Positions 1 through 7,223 of a stretch of DNA of 24,000 nucleotides are shown here, in pieces. The first letter of the stretch is position 1, and every line of letters begins with the position of its first letter. The DNA is from Culicoidibacterales bacterium. GTDB taxonomy: Bacteria > Bacillota_I > Bacilli_A > Culicoidibacterales > JBOFHN01. A program made the position numbers and the translations under genes. Location of the stretch: positions 932 through 24,931 of the forward strand of contig JBOFHN010000072.1 of assembly GCA_051649665.1 (NCBI GenBank), read 5' to 3'. The notes under the pieces were generated by a model, which saw nothing but the letters and a program-made list of their open reading frames with translations, did not search any database and was not told the origin of the DNA.

Positions 1-289
1 TTGTAAATGTTTTAAGATCGCTTGACGCTTCCCACTTTTCAGCAGCTAAAAGTTTTGTCTTTCCATCTTTATCGAGTTCAGCAAGTATTGCTTGTGTATT
101 TTCATTAAGTTCTTTATCTGTTGAAAATTCAGCACGTACTGGATCAAGAATATTTAATTGACTTGGATCAGCAACGTTTACAACACCGTGCGCCTCTTTC
201 TTCGCGCTTCCACCAGAGCAGGCAGTTAATGCGATACCACTTAATGTGGCTACACCTACGAGTGTTAATTTTTTCAGTAAATTTTTCAT
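1..289 (-). CDS. Lipoprotein, N-terminal part only (gene runs off the left edge)
   Basis: Absent from the ORF track because there is no stop in the window. Minus-strand ATG at 287-289 follows AAAGGGTG. Translation MKNLLKKLTLVGVATLSGIALTAC/SGGSAKKEAHG is a type II signal peptide with lipobox L-T-A-C. The frame stays open to position 1. Confidence 0.6.
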   Translation of the reverse strand, partial: MKNLLKKLTLVGVATLSGIALTACSGGSAKKEAHGVVNVADPSQLNILDPVRAEFSTDKELNENTQAILAELDKDGKTKLLAAEKWEASSDLKTFT

Positions 290-365
290 GTAATCACCCT
301 TTCTTAATAAAAAAGCAATACAAAAAATGTATACAAGATCCTATTTTGTATTTATACTTTTTTCA

Positions 366-394
366 ATTCTAGCACGCTTAAAATAAAAAGTCAA
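366..394 (-). promoter_or_regulatory. Sigma-A-type promoter for the lipoprotein gene
   Basis: Minus strand reads TTGACT (389-394), 17-nt spacer, TGcTAGAAT (366-374). Confidence 0.5.
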
Positions 395-442
395 TCATTA
401 ATTTTGTTTTTGTACACAATTTCATTCAATGTTTTTCACAAC

Positions 443-471
443 TTCCAACGAAGCGTATTATATGCTATAAT
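443..471 (+). promoter_or_regulatory. Sigma-A-type promoter for the trpS operon
   Basis: TTCCAA (443-448), 17-nt spacer, TGcTATAAT (463-471). This leaves only about 30 nt of leader before the SD GGTAAGGGG and the ATG at 508. Confidence 0.6.
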
Positions 472-507
472 AGTAAAGATATATTAATAGGTAAGGGGAC
501 TTTTATT

Positions 508-1494
508 ATGAAGCGAATGGTATCTGGAATTAAACCAAGTGGCAATTTAACTCTTGGGAATTATATTGGAGCTATGAAACAATTTGTCAAGTTACAAGAT
601 GACTTTGAAATGATCACTTTCATTGCTGATTTGCACGCAATCACTGTCGACCAAGACCCAAAAAGCATGTACGAAAACACACAAAATCTCGTTGCCCTCT
701 ACTTGGCAATTGGTCTTGATCCGAATAAAACACTTATTTTTAAGCAATCGGATGTTGCTGCACATGCTGAAATTGGTTGGGTCCTACAATGTCAAGCATA
801 TATGGGTGAATTAAATCGAATGACACAGTACAAAGAAAAAGCAGTGAAAAATCAAGCAACTGGTGTCAGTGGTGGACTCTTTGCTTACCCTGCACTTATG
901 GCATCTGATATTTTACTCTATTCACCTGATGTAGTTCCTGTCGGTGAAGATCAACTTCAGCACTTAGAATTGACAAGAACTGTCGCTGAGCGATTTAATG
1001 CCAAATTTGGTGAAACATTTACGATTCCGCAATCAATGACACCAAAAGAAGGAGCGCGTATTATGTCGCTTCAAAATCCAGAGAAGAAAATGTCGAAGTC
1101 AGAATCTGATCCTAAAGGAACCATTTTACTACTCGATGATATTGCATCAATTCGTAAAAAGATCATGTCTGCCGTCACTGATTCTGATACATTTGTCGCA
1201 TACGATAAACAAAATAAACCAGGGGTGAGTAACTTACTTGAAATCTTCTCTGTACTCAGCAACACACCGATTACAACACTTGTTGATACATACAGAGATT
1301 CAGGTTATGGAACATTTAAAAAAGCTGTCGCAGATTGTGTATGTGCTGAAATAGAGCAACTCCAAACTCGCTTCCATGAAATTAAACAAAGTGGACAGGT
1401 TGAGAAAGTGCTGGAGCAAAATAAAATAAAAGCAAATCAAATAGCAGAATTAAAGCGAAACGAAGTTTATCAAAAACTCGGTTTCTTAAAATAG
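508..1494 (+). CDS. trpS: Tryptophan--tRNA ligase
   Basis: 328 aa class I aaRS. HIGH-like motif PSGNLTLGNYIGA and KMSKS motif (KKMSKSE). Length and sequence are typical of bacterial TrpRS. Confidence 0.95.
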   Translation: MKRMVSGIKPSGNLTLGNYIGAMKQFVKLQDDFEMITFIADLHAITVDQDPKSMYENTQNLVALYLAIGLDPNKTLIFKQSDVAAHAEIGWVLQCQAYMGELNRMTQYKEKAVKNQATGVSGGLFAYPALMASDILLYSPDVVPVGEDQLQHLELTRTVAERFNAKFGETFTIPQSMTPKEGARIMSLQNPEKKMSKSESDPKGTILLLDDIASIRKKIMSAVTDSDTFVAYDKQNKPGVSNLLEIFSVLSNTPITTLVDTYRDSGYGTFKKAVADCVCAEIEQLQTRFHEIKQSGQVEKVLEQNKIKANQIAELKRNEVYQKLGFLK

Positions 1495-1503
1495 GAGGTT
1501 ACT

Positions 1504-2388
1504 ATGCTAGATATTTTTAAATACATCGTTTTTGGAATTGTTCAAGGAATTATTGAACCACTTCCTGTTTCTTCAAAAGGACATGTTCTCATTTTTATGA
1601 ATATGTTCGGCGTACATATGGATTCAAGTCAGGCACAGTTTTTCCTTTCGTTCATCCATTTAGGATCACTTGCTGCCTTTTTCATCATTTATTGGCAGAC
1701 AATTAAAAAGGCTACTACTGGTACTGTTGCATATTTCAAACACCAAGATATGAGTCGTAAAAAGGACGCTTCATTATTTATGAATGTTGGAATTGCATTC
1801 TTCATCTCAGCCGCAATTATTTTTACACTTGATTCAATATTCAACGTGACAAAATCTCTCTTCAGTGGAAATTCTTTTGTTGTTGCAATCGGTCTTTTAA
1901 TTACGGCATGTCTTTTGTTTTACGTTGAATTTGGTTTCGATCCAAAAAAACAAACAAAGAAAAATACAAACCTTCGTCTTCCTGATGCGATTACAATTGG
2001 CCTTTTTCAAGTCCTTGCACTCATACCAGGGGTTACACGTTCTGGTTCAACACTTCTTGGGGGAATGACTCGTAAACTCAGCAAATCAGAAGCACTTAAC
2101 TTCTCATTCTTATTATTCATTCCAACAATCTTGATGGCAAATATTTATACAATGTTAAAATCAGCGAGCACTTTTCAAATTTCTGTTTTACCACTATATC
2201 TCCTCGCTTTAATTGCTGCCTTTTTCTCAACATTTGTCGGTTATCGAATCATTCGCTTTGCCCTCGCTAAAAATGGATTACGCTACTTTGCATTTTACGC
2301 TATTGCCGTAGCTATTCTCATCTTTATCTTTAAAAATTCAGTAAGTGGATTTTTCGGCGATATTAGAATATTTATCCCTCAACTTTAA
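1504..2388 (+). CDS. uppP: Undecaprenyl-diphosphate phosphatase (BacA/UppP)
   Basis: Polytopic membrane protein with the BacA signatures GIVQGIIEPLPVSSKGH and PGVTRSGSTL. SD TAGGAGG lies 9 nt after the trpS stop, suggesting translational coupling. Confidence 0.9.
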   Translation: MLDIFKYIVFGIVQGIIEPLPVSSKGHVLIFMNMFGVHMDSSQAQFFLSFIHLGSLAAFFIIYWQTIKKATTGTVAYFKHQDMSRKKDASLFMNVGIAFFISAAIIFTLDSIFNVTKSLFSGNSFVVAIGLLITACLLFYVEFGFDPKKQTKKNTNLRLPDAITIGLFQVLALIPGVTRSGSTLLGGMTRKLSKSEALNFSFLLFIPTILMANIYTMLKSASTFQISVLPLYLLALIAAFFSTFVGYRIIRFALAKNGLRYFAFYAIAVAILIFIFKNSVSGFFGDIRIFIPQL

Positions 2389-2412
2389 TTCTATATTTTA
2401 CAAGGAGCTATT

Positions 2413-3243
2413 ATGAAACAACATCTTATTATTACCGATTTAGATGGAACGGCGCTCGAATCCAATTCTAACATCGGAATGCTCACACGTTATTATATGC
2501 TAAAAGCACAACAAGAAGGACACATCATTTCAATCGCTACTGGTCGAAGTGCAAATTCATCTTTAAAGTTTTATCATGAATTAAACATACAAACACATTT
2601 TTCAAATTTAAATGGAAATTATATTTGGAATCCACGAAATCATAACGATCCAAAAATCTTCCATCCCTTTAAATCAAATCCTGTTCTCGATTTACTTAAC
2701 TCACCACTCAATGATCATATTGAAGCAGTTTTATTTGAAACAAAAGACGGAACAATTCTCGATCGTGAAAATGAATACCTTATTAATATATGGAATGTTG
2801 AAAGTAAAGGACTTTTCCAACCAAAAATCGAAATGCCTTCTACACATACAATCGATGAAGAAACAGCGATGGTCGCAATTTACTGCCAGCGTGAGCACAC
2901 AGAAACAATTTTCAACTTTTTAGCACAGTACTTCTCATCTACATTCACTGCTCGACAATGGGCGCATGACTTTGCTAACACATCAGTTATCGAAGTCTAT
3001 AATCCGATGATTTCAAAAGTTGAAGGCGTTGAATTTCTCGCTCATAAATACAATATTTCAAAAGATCGCATCATGTGTTTTGGAGATCAAACAAACGATC
3101 TTGAAATGATTGAATACGCAGGTCTTGGTGTTGCTATGAAAAATGCTAACCCTGAACTCCTTAAAATTGCTGATGCGATTACAGAAAGACCAAACACTGA
3201 ATCTGGTGTTGGTTACTTTCTCCAAAAATATTTTAAATTATAA
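2413..3243 (+). CDS. Cof-type HAD-IIB family hydrolase (sugar-phosphate phosphatase-like)
   Basis: N-terminal DLDGT nucleophile motif (ITDLDGTAL) and C-terminal GDQTNDLEM motif. 276 aa, typical of the Cof/YidA subfamily. SD AAGGAG upstream. Confidence 0.85.
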   Translation: MKQHLIITDLDGTALESNSNIGMLTRYYMLKAQQEGHIISIATGRSANSSLKFYHELNIQTHFSNLNGNYIWNPRNHNDPKIFHPFKSNPVLDLLNSPLNDHIEAVLFETKDGTILDRENEYLINIWNVESKGLFQPKIEMPSTHTIDEETAMVAIYCQREHTETIFNFLAQYFSSTFTARQWAHDFANTSVIEVYNPMISKVEGVEFLAHKYNISKDRIMCFGDQTNDLEMIEYAGLGVAMKNANPELLKIADAITERPNTESGVGYFLQKYFKL

Positions 3244-3247
3244 AAAA

Positions 3248-3275
3248 AGGAAACTTAAATTAAGTTTCCTTTTTT
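3248..3275. terminator. Bidirectional intrinsic terminator between convergent HAD and yitT-like genes
   Basis: AGGAAACTTA-aat-TAAGTTTCCT perfect hairpin, flanked by an A-run upstream and T-run downstream. Confidence 0.8.
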
Positions 3276-4122
3276 AATAACTCACGCCAGCGTTGAAGTT
3301 TCCGATAACTTTTTTCACTGGTAGAACATTGATAAATGCACATTGATCTACTTCACGGATTAAGCTTTGTGTCATATAGAGTTGGTATGATGAAACAGTC
3401 ATGAAGAGAATTTTTTTCTCTTTTTTCGTGTATGCTCCCATTCCATCTACAACGGTAATTCCACGCCGAACTTTCTTTTGTACGTACTCAACAACTTCGG
3501 CATCTTCGCTTGTAATAACCATTAATAACATTTTTTCATGGCGTGTATGAACTGCATTGACAACTTCGGCAACGATGAACATTGAGACGAGCGTGAGCAA
3601 TGCTTTTTCAAAGCTATTTTGGACAATGCCCGAGGCAACGATAACGAGTGCATTAATCATCAGATTGTATTGTGCCGTGGATTTTCCACGTCTGATTGAA
3701 AGGTAATTTGAAACGATATCTGTTCCACCAAGTGACCCTCCAAAGCGAAGGGCAATACCGATTCCAAACCCTGCAAGAAGTGATCCGAAGATAATACTGA
3801 GATAGTAATCATGGATTGGATTTTGTAATCGTAAATAGTCAAATGTGGTCATTGTAATCACAAGTGCTATTGTACTGAGTGCAGTAAAGCGTTGTGATAC
3901 ATAAAACCAGCCGAAAATAAGGAGTGGCACATTTAAAATGAAGAGTGTCAGACCGGCTTGAACACCTGTTGATACTTGGAGAATTTGACTAATACCAGCA
4001 AGTCCTCCGGGCATGATTCCATTTGGTTTTAAAAATGTTGTGACTCCAATACCATACACCATAGTTCCTAAAATAACGGCAACAAATTGGTAAAAGCGAC
4101 GTGTTTGATAATTTGTAATCAT
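3274..4122 (-). CDS. YitT-family membrane protein (C-terminal DUF2179-type domain)
   Basis: Polytopic N-terminal part plus a soluble C-terminal domain, typical of the YitT family. Start trimmed to MITNYQTRRFYQ (ATG 4120-4122) with SD AAGAGGA. This removes the overlap with the rmuC stop at 4127. Confidence 0.8.
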   Translation of the reverse strand: MITNYQTRRFYQFVAVILGTMVYGIGVTTFLKPNGIMPGGLAGISQILQVSTGVQAGLTLFILNVPLLIFGWFYVSQRFTALSTIALVITMTTFDYLRLQNPIHDYYLSIIFGSLLAGFGIGIALRFGGSLGGTDIVSNYLSIRRGKSTAQYNLMINALVIVASGIVQNSFEKALLTLVSMFIVAEVVNAVHTRHEKMLLMVITSEDAEVVEYVQKKVRRGITVVDGMGAYTKKEKKILFMTVSSYQLYMTQSLIREVDQCAFINVLPVKKVIGNFNAGVSY

Positions 4123-4126
4123 AATA

Positions 4127-5323
4127 TTAATCCTCTTGTTGTACTGATATTTGCTGCATTTCTTCAATATCTACCGCAGCGATTGTATTAAATCGTTTTT
4201 CTATTTTTGTACTTGTTGTGCTAATATCTTTCACATCTTTACCGACTTTTTCAATATCAGTCACGAGTTTATTCCAACGTGTTTGATAACGCCCGAATTC
4301 TTGTGAGAGTTTAATAATTTCTTGTTGAATAATATACGCGTATTTTTCACGTTCTAAATTTCGCATAACAACTTGTAATGTCGTCATCGTTGCAAAGAGT
4401 GTGGTTGGTGATGTTAACCAAATTGCTTTTTTATTCGCATAATCAACAACATCTTGACAGTATGCTTGGACATAGGCAAAGACCGCTTCCGCTGGAATAA
4501 AGAGAATCGCTTGTTCAGCTGTTACACCTGCGATAATATATTTACTCGCAATATCGTCAATATGCTTTTTCACGTCTTGTTTAAATTGCTTTTCGGCAGC
4601 TTCTCTTGTATGTGCATCAAGTGTTGTATCTGTGATACGTCGATAATTATCAAGCGGGAATTTCGAGTCAATAGCAATTAGACCAGCTGGCTCTGGTGCA
4701 AAGATAACGGCATCTGCTCTCAAACCATTTTCAAATTGATATTGTTCTTTATATACTTCTTGTTTTTCACCAAAGACTGAAACAAGTAATTGATGGAGTT
4801 GCACTTCACCAAACATCCCACGTGCCTTTTTATCAGTCAATACATCTTGTAATGAAATAATATTCGTCGATAGTGATTCAATTTGCTTTTGTGCCTCATC
4901 GATAACAACAAGTCGTTTTAAGATATTTTGGAATGTTTCATTTGTTTTATTTAAACTCTCCGTCAATCGCTCTTCCACTCGCTCATTCATCAAATCAAGA
5001 CGTTTCTCAATTTGCTCATTTAACATTTTGAAGTCTTGTGTCAATGTTGAAGAAATACGATACTGAAATTCATTCTGATCTTTAATTAAACTTTTTTCAA
5101 ATTGTGTCAATCGTGTTAAAGTTTCAACTTCGAGTCCAGAAACTTTATTTCCGATTGTTTCATTGCTTTGAAGAAGTGTTTGAATACGCTCAGCTTGCAT
5201 CTTATCTTGCATTTCTGATTTCGTTTCATTTTGTGTATGTGTTCCTTTCAATTGTAAAACAAAATAAATACTTACAATTATAAGGATACTATTCAATATT
5301 GAAAAAAGAATAAATAACTCCAT
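4127..5323 (-). CDS. rmuC: DNA recombination protein RmuC
   Basis: 398 aa with an N-terminal TM helix, a long coiled-coil and a C-terminal RmuC nuclease-like region (AVIFAPEPAGLIAIDSKFPL...). SD GGGAG lies 11 nt after the thiT stop. Confidence 0.85.
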   Translation of the reverse strand: MELFILFSILNSILIIVSIYFVLQLKGTHTQNETKSEMQDKMQAERIQTLLQSNETIGNKVSGLEVETLTRLTQFEKSLIKDQNEFQYRISSTLTQDFKMLNEQIEKRLDLMNERVEERLTESLNKTNETFQNILKRLVVIDEAQKQIESLSTNIISLQDVLTDKKARGMFGEVQLHQLLVSVFGEKQEVYKEQYQFENGLRADAVIFAPEPAGLIAIDSKFPLDNYRRITDTTLDAHTREAAEKQFKQDVKKHIDDIASKYIIAGVTAEQAILFIPAEAVFAYVQAYCQDVVDYANKKAIWLTSPTTLFATMTTLQVVMRNLEREKYAYIIQQEIIKLSQEFGRYQTRWNKLVTDIEKVGKDVKDISTTSTKIEKRFNTIAAVDIEEMQQISVQQED

Positions 5324-5334
5324 AAATAAACTCC

Positions 5335-5868
5335 CTATTTTATTACCTTCCTACACAATTCTAATATCGGTAATAACACGATACTTAAAATCACTGCTGG
5401 AAATATAATTAATGTTCCATTATATATAAATGAGCCAACAAGATCAACACCATAAAAGACAACACCTGCTGTTGTGTACATGCACAACGTTACAACAAGC
5501 ATCATTCCAAGGCTCAAAAATGCACGAAATCTTTTGGCTTTTTTCTGATATGGATAAACAAAGAAAAAACTGCTCGCCGATAATAATGGTACAACGTATT
5601 CAAGACCATAATCAATAACCGACACCGCACTTGTACCAATGATAAAAAGACCAAACAGCAACGCCGTTACTCCCGTGAAAAAGAGTCGTTTATCAAAAAA
5701 GGCAGCGAGTATTATCACTGGTAAAAAATGTAAATGGGTTGATGCTCCACCCGTTTTCCAAATAGCATTCAGCGGAACTGTTAATTGTTTATCAATTAAA
5801 TACAAAACAATTGCCAGCGCCATGAGCGAACCTGTCATTACTAAATCTTTTGTAGAAATGTTTTTCAT
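5335..5868 (-). CDS. thiT: Thiamine ECF-transporter substrate-specific (S) component, ThiT-like
   Basis: About 177 aa, roughly 6-TM small membrane protein directly downstream of a TPP riboswitch. Start trimmed to MKNISTKDL (ATG 5866-5868) with SD GGAGGT at 5874-5879. The ORF-track extension runs into the riboswitch platform. Confidence 0.75.
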   Translation of the reverse strand: MKNISTKDLVMTGSLMALAIVLYLIDKQLTVPLNAIWKTGGASTHLHFLPVIILAAFFDKRLFFTGVTALLFGLFIIGTSAVSVIDYGLEYVVPLLSASSFFFVYPYQKKAKRFRAFLSLGMMLVVTLCMYTTAGVVFYGVDLVGSFIYNGTLIIFPAVILSIVLLPILELCRKVIK

Positions 5869-5925
5869 AATATACCTCCAAAATTTTGTTTTCGTGTCAA
5901 ACAAAAAGTTGTCAGTACATGACTT

Positions 5926-6016
5926 CAACATCCCTACGCCCGAATTACCGGGATCAGGTTATAGAGTTGGATACCTTCATCCTCTCAGCCAAGTATTATC
6001 TTAGCACCCCTTGTTG
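5926..6016 (-). promoter_or_regulatory. TPP (THI-box) riboswitch
   Basis: Minus strand reads CAACAAGGGGTGCTAAG...GGCTGAGAGGATGAAGGTATCC...AACCTGATCCCGGTAATTCGGGCGTAGGGATGTTG. The canonical GGGGUGC, CUGAGA, ACCUGAUC, UAAU and GCGUAGGGA blocks are all present. CAACA/TGTTG closes P1. Matches Rfam TPP family RF00059. Confidence 0.9.
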
Positions 6017-6027
6017 ACACTACCACC

Positions 6028-6036
6028 ATTATAGCA
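6028..6036 (-). promoter_or_regulatory. Extended -10 promoter element for the riboswitch-thiT transcript
   Basis: Minus strand TGcTATAAT sits about 12 nt upstream of the riboswitch P1. There is no good -35, only a T-rich run. Confidence 0.45.
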
Positions 6037-6045
6037 TACTTTTCA

Positions 6046-6075
6046 AACAAAAAAACAGGCAAAGTGCCTGTTTTC
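6046..6075 (-). terminator. Intrinsic terminator after rpsR
   Basis: Minus strand CAGGC-acttt-GCCTG followed by TTTTTTTGTTTG, immediately after the rpsR stop. Confidence 0.75.
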
Positions 6076-6081
6076 TAAACC

Positions 6082-6348
6082 TTATTCACCAACGTATGGA
6101 AGTAATCCCATTTGACGTGAACGTTTAATTGCTTGTGTAAGTGGACGTTGCCATTTTGCACTCGTTCCTGTTACACGACGTGGTAAAATTTTCCCACGCT
6201 CAGAAATAAACTTTTTCAAAAGTTCCACATCTTTAAAATCGATATATTTCACGTTGTTTTTTGTGAAATAACATACTTTCTTACGACGTCCAAAACGACG
6301 ACGTGGACGTGGTCCTTGGTTGTTATTGTTTGTATATTCTGCCATCAA
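6082..6348 (-). CDS. rpsR: 30S ribosomal protein S18
   Basis: 88 aa. [13 protein letters not shown]...[32 protein letters not shown] is diagnostic for S18. Confidence 0.95.
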   Translation of the reverse strand: MMAEYTNNNNQGPRPRRRFGRRKKVCYFTKNNVKYIDFKDVELLKKFISERGKILPRRVTGTSAKWQRPLTQAIKRSRQMGLLPYVGE

Positions 6349-6363
6349 CTTATCCTCCTTATT

Positions 6364-6819
6364 TTAGAATGGAAGATCATCATCACTAATATCAAGTGCG
6401 AGATCAAAATCATTATTCATAGTTTCAGCACTTCCACCAAACTGTGCTGGTGGCACAACTGTATCAAATTCATTTGCTACAGGTTGTGTTCGCTGGCTTC
6501 CTTTAGGTTCTAAAAATTGAACACTATCCGCAACAACTTCCGTCACATATACACGTTTTCCAGTTGCATCATCATATGAGCGTGTTTGGATTCGACCATC
6601 CACACCGATAAGTGCACCTTTTTTCACGTATTTTGACATGTTTTCAGCTTGATTACGCCATGCAACACAGTTAACAAAATCAGCTTCGCGCTCTCCATTT
6701 TGATTGGAGAAAGTACGATTCACTGCAATTGTAAATTGTGCAACTGCTACATTCGATGATGTATAACGTAATTCAATATCTTTTGTTAAACGTCCAACAA
6801 GAACAACTCGATTTAACAT
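6364..6819 (-). CDS. ssb: Single-stranded DNA-binding protein
   Basis: [22 protein letters not shown]-fold N-terminus and acidic C-terminal tail DISDDDLPF. Classic rpsF-ssb-rpsR synteny. Confidence 0.95.
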   Translation of the reverse strand: MLNRVVLVGRLTKDIELRYTSSNVAVAQFTIAVNRTFSNQNGEREADFVNCVAWRNQAENMSKYVKKGALIGVDGRIQTRSYDDATGKRVYVTEVVADSVQFLEPKGSQRTQPVANEFDTVVPPAQFGGSAETMNNDFDLALDISDDDLPF

Positions 6820-6831
6820 AGTTCTCTCCTT

Positions 6832-7122
6832 TTACGCTTCTTGCGCTTTTACAACAAGGAAACGGATAATATCTTCACTAATGCGTGCAAGACGTTCGAA
6901 TTCTGTTACTGCTTCAACATTTGATTCTACGTTCATTAACACATAGAAACCTTTTGAATGTTTCTCGATATCGTATGCAAGATCACGCATACCCCATCCT
7001 TCAACAAATGAAACAGTCCCTTGACGATCAGTAAAGATTTTTCCAAAGTTTTCAACGAGAACTTTACGATCATCTTCACTCATATCAGGACGAACGATGT
7101 ACATTACTTCATATTTATTCAT
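6832..7122 (-). CDS. rpsF: 30S ribosomal protein S6
   Basis: MNKYEVMYIVRPD is a typical S6 N-terminus. ATG at 7120-7122 with SD AAAGGAGG. The ORF-track start at 7182 is an upstream extension through the leader. Confidence 0.93.
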   Translation of the reverse strand: MNKYEVMYIVRPDMSEDDRKVLVENFGKIFTDRQGTVSFVEGWGMRDLAYDIEKHSKGFYVLMNVESNVEAVTEFERLARISEDIIRFLVVKAQEA

Positions 7123-7185
7123 TGTTCTACCTCCTTTTGGTCTAATGGCCCTTTCGAGCAAGGAGTACAAAACGTACTCCATAAC
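7123..7185 (-). promoter_or_regulatory. Structured rpsF 5' leader (candidate S6:S18 autoregulatory leader)
   Basis: Hairpin GGAGTAC-gtttt-GTACTCC (7162-7180). Its 3' arm plus TT (CTCCTT) is complementary to the SD AAGGAG (about 7130-7136), giving mutually exclusive folds. The position matches the described rpsF leader class. Confidence 0.4.
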
Positions 7186-7213
7186 AGTATACCATACCCA
7201 AGAATAATTTCAA
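7186..7213 (-). promoter_or_regulatory. Sigma-A-type promoter for rpsF-ssb-rpsR
   Basis: Minus strand TTGAAA (7208-7213), 16-nt spacer, TGgTATACT (7186-7194). Confidence 0.6.
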
Positions 7214-7223
7214 AGGCTTTTTA

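Noticed and set aside
317-352. AATACAAAA/TTTTGTATT inverted repeat with a central TGTATACA palindrome, followed by a T-run, in the lipoprotein 5' leader
   Set aside because: The stem is almost entirely A-U in an AT-rich intergenic region. It cannot be told apart from chance low-complexity symmetry without comparative data.
121-372. 83-aa plus-strand ORF
   Set aside because: It lies antisense to the well-supported lipoprotein N-terminus (signal peptide plus lipobox) and runs through its promoter region. It has no SD and a low-complexity composition.
373-507. Looked for a T-box leader upstream of trpS
   Set aside because: The best promoter leaves only about 30 nt of leader. There is no specifier-loop, AGAGA or T-box (GGTGGTACCGCG-like) sequence and no terminator or antiterminator.
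5639-6004. 121-aa plus-strand ORF, and the 5869-5931 N-terminal extension of the thiT ORF
   Set aside because: Both run through the TPP riboswitch or antisense to thiT. The SD-supported thiT start is at 5868.
7123-7182. ORF-track N-terminal extension of rpsF (MEYVLYSLLERAIRPKGGRT)
   Set aside because: It covers the promoter-proximal leader. The canonical S6 N-terminus MNKYEVMYIV with a strong SD begins at 7122.
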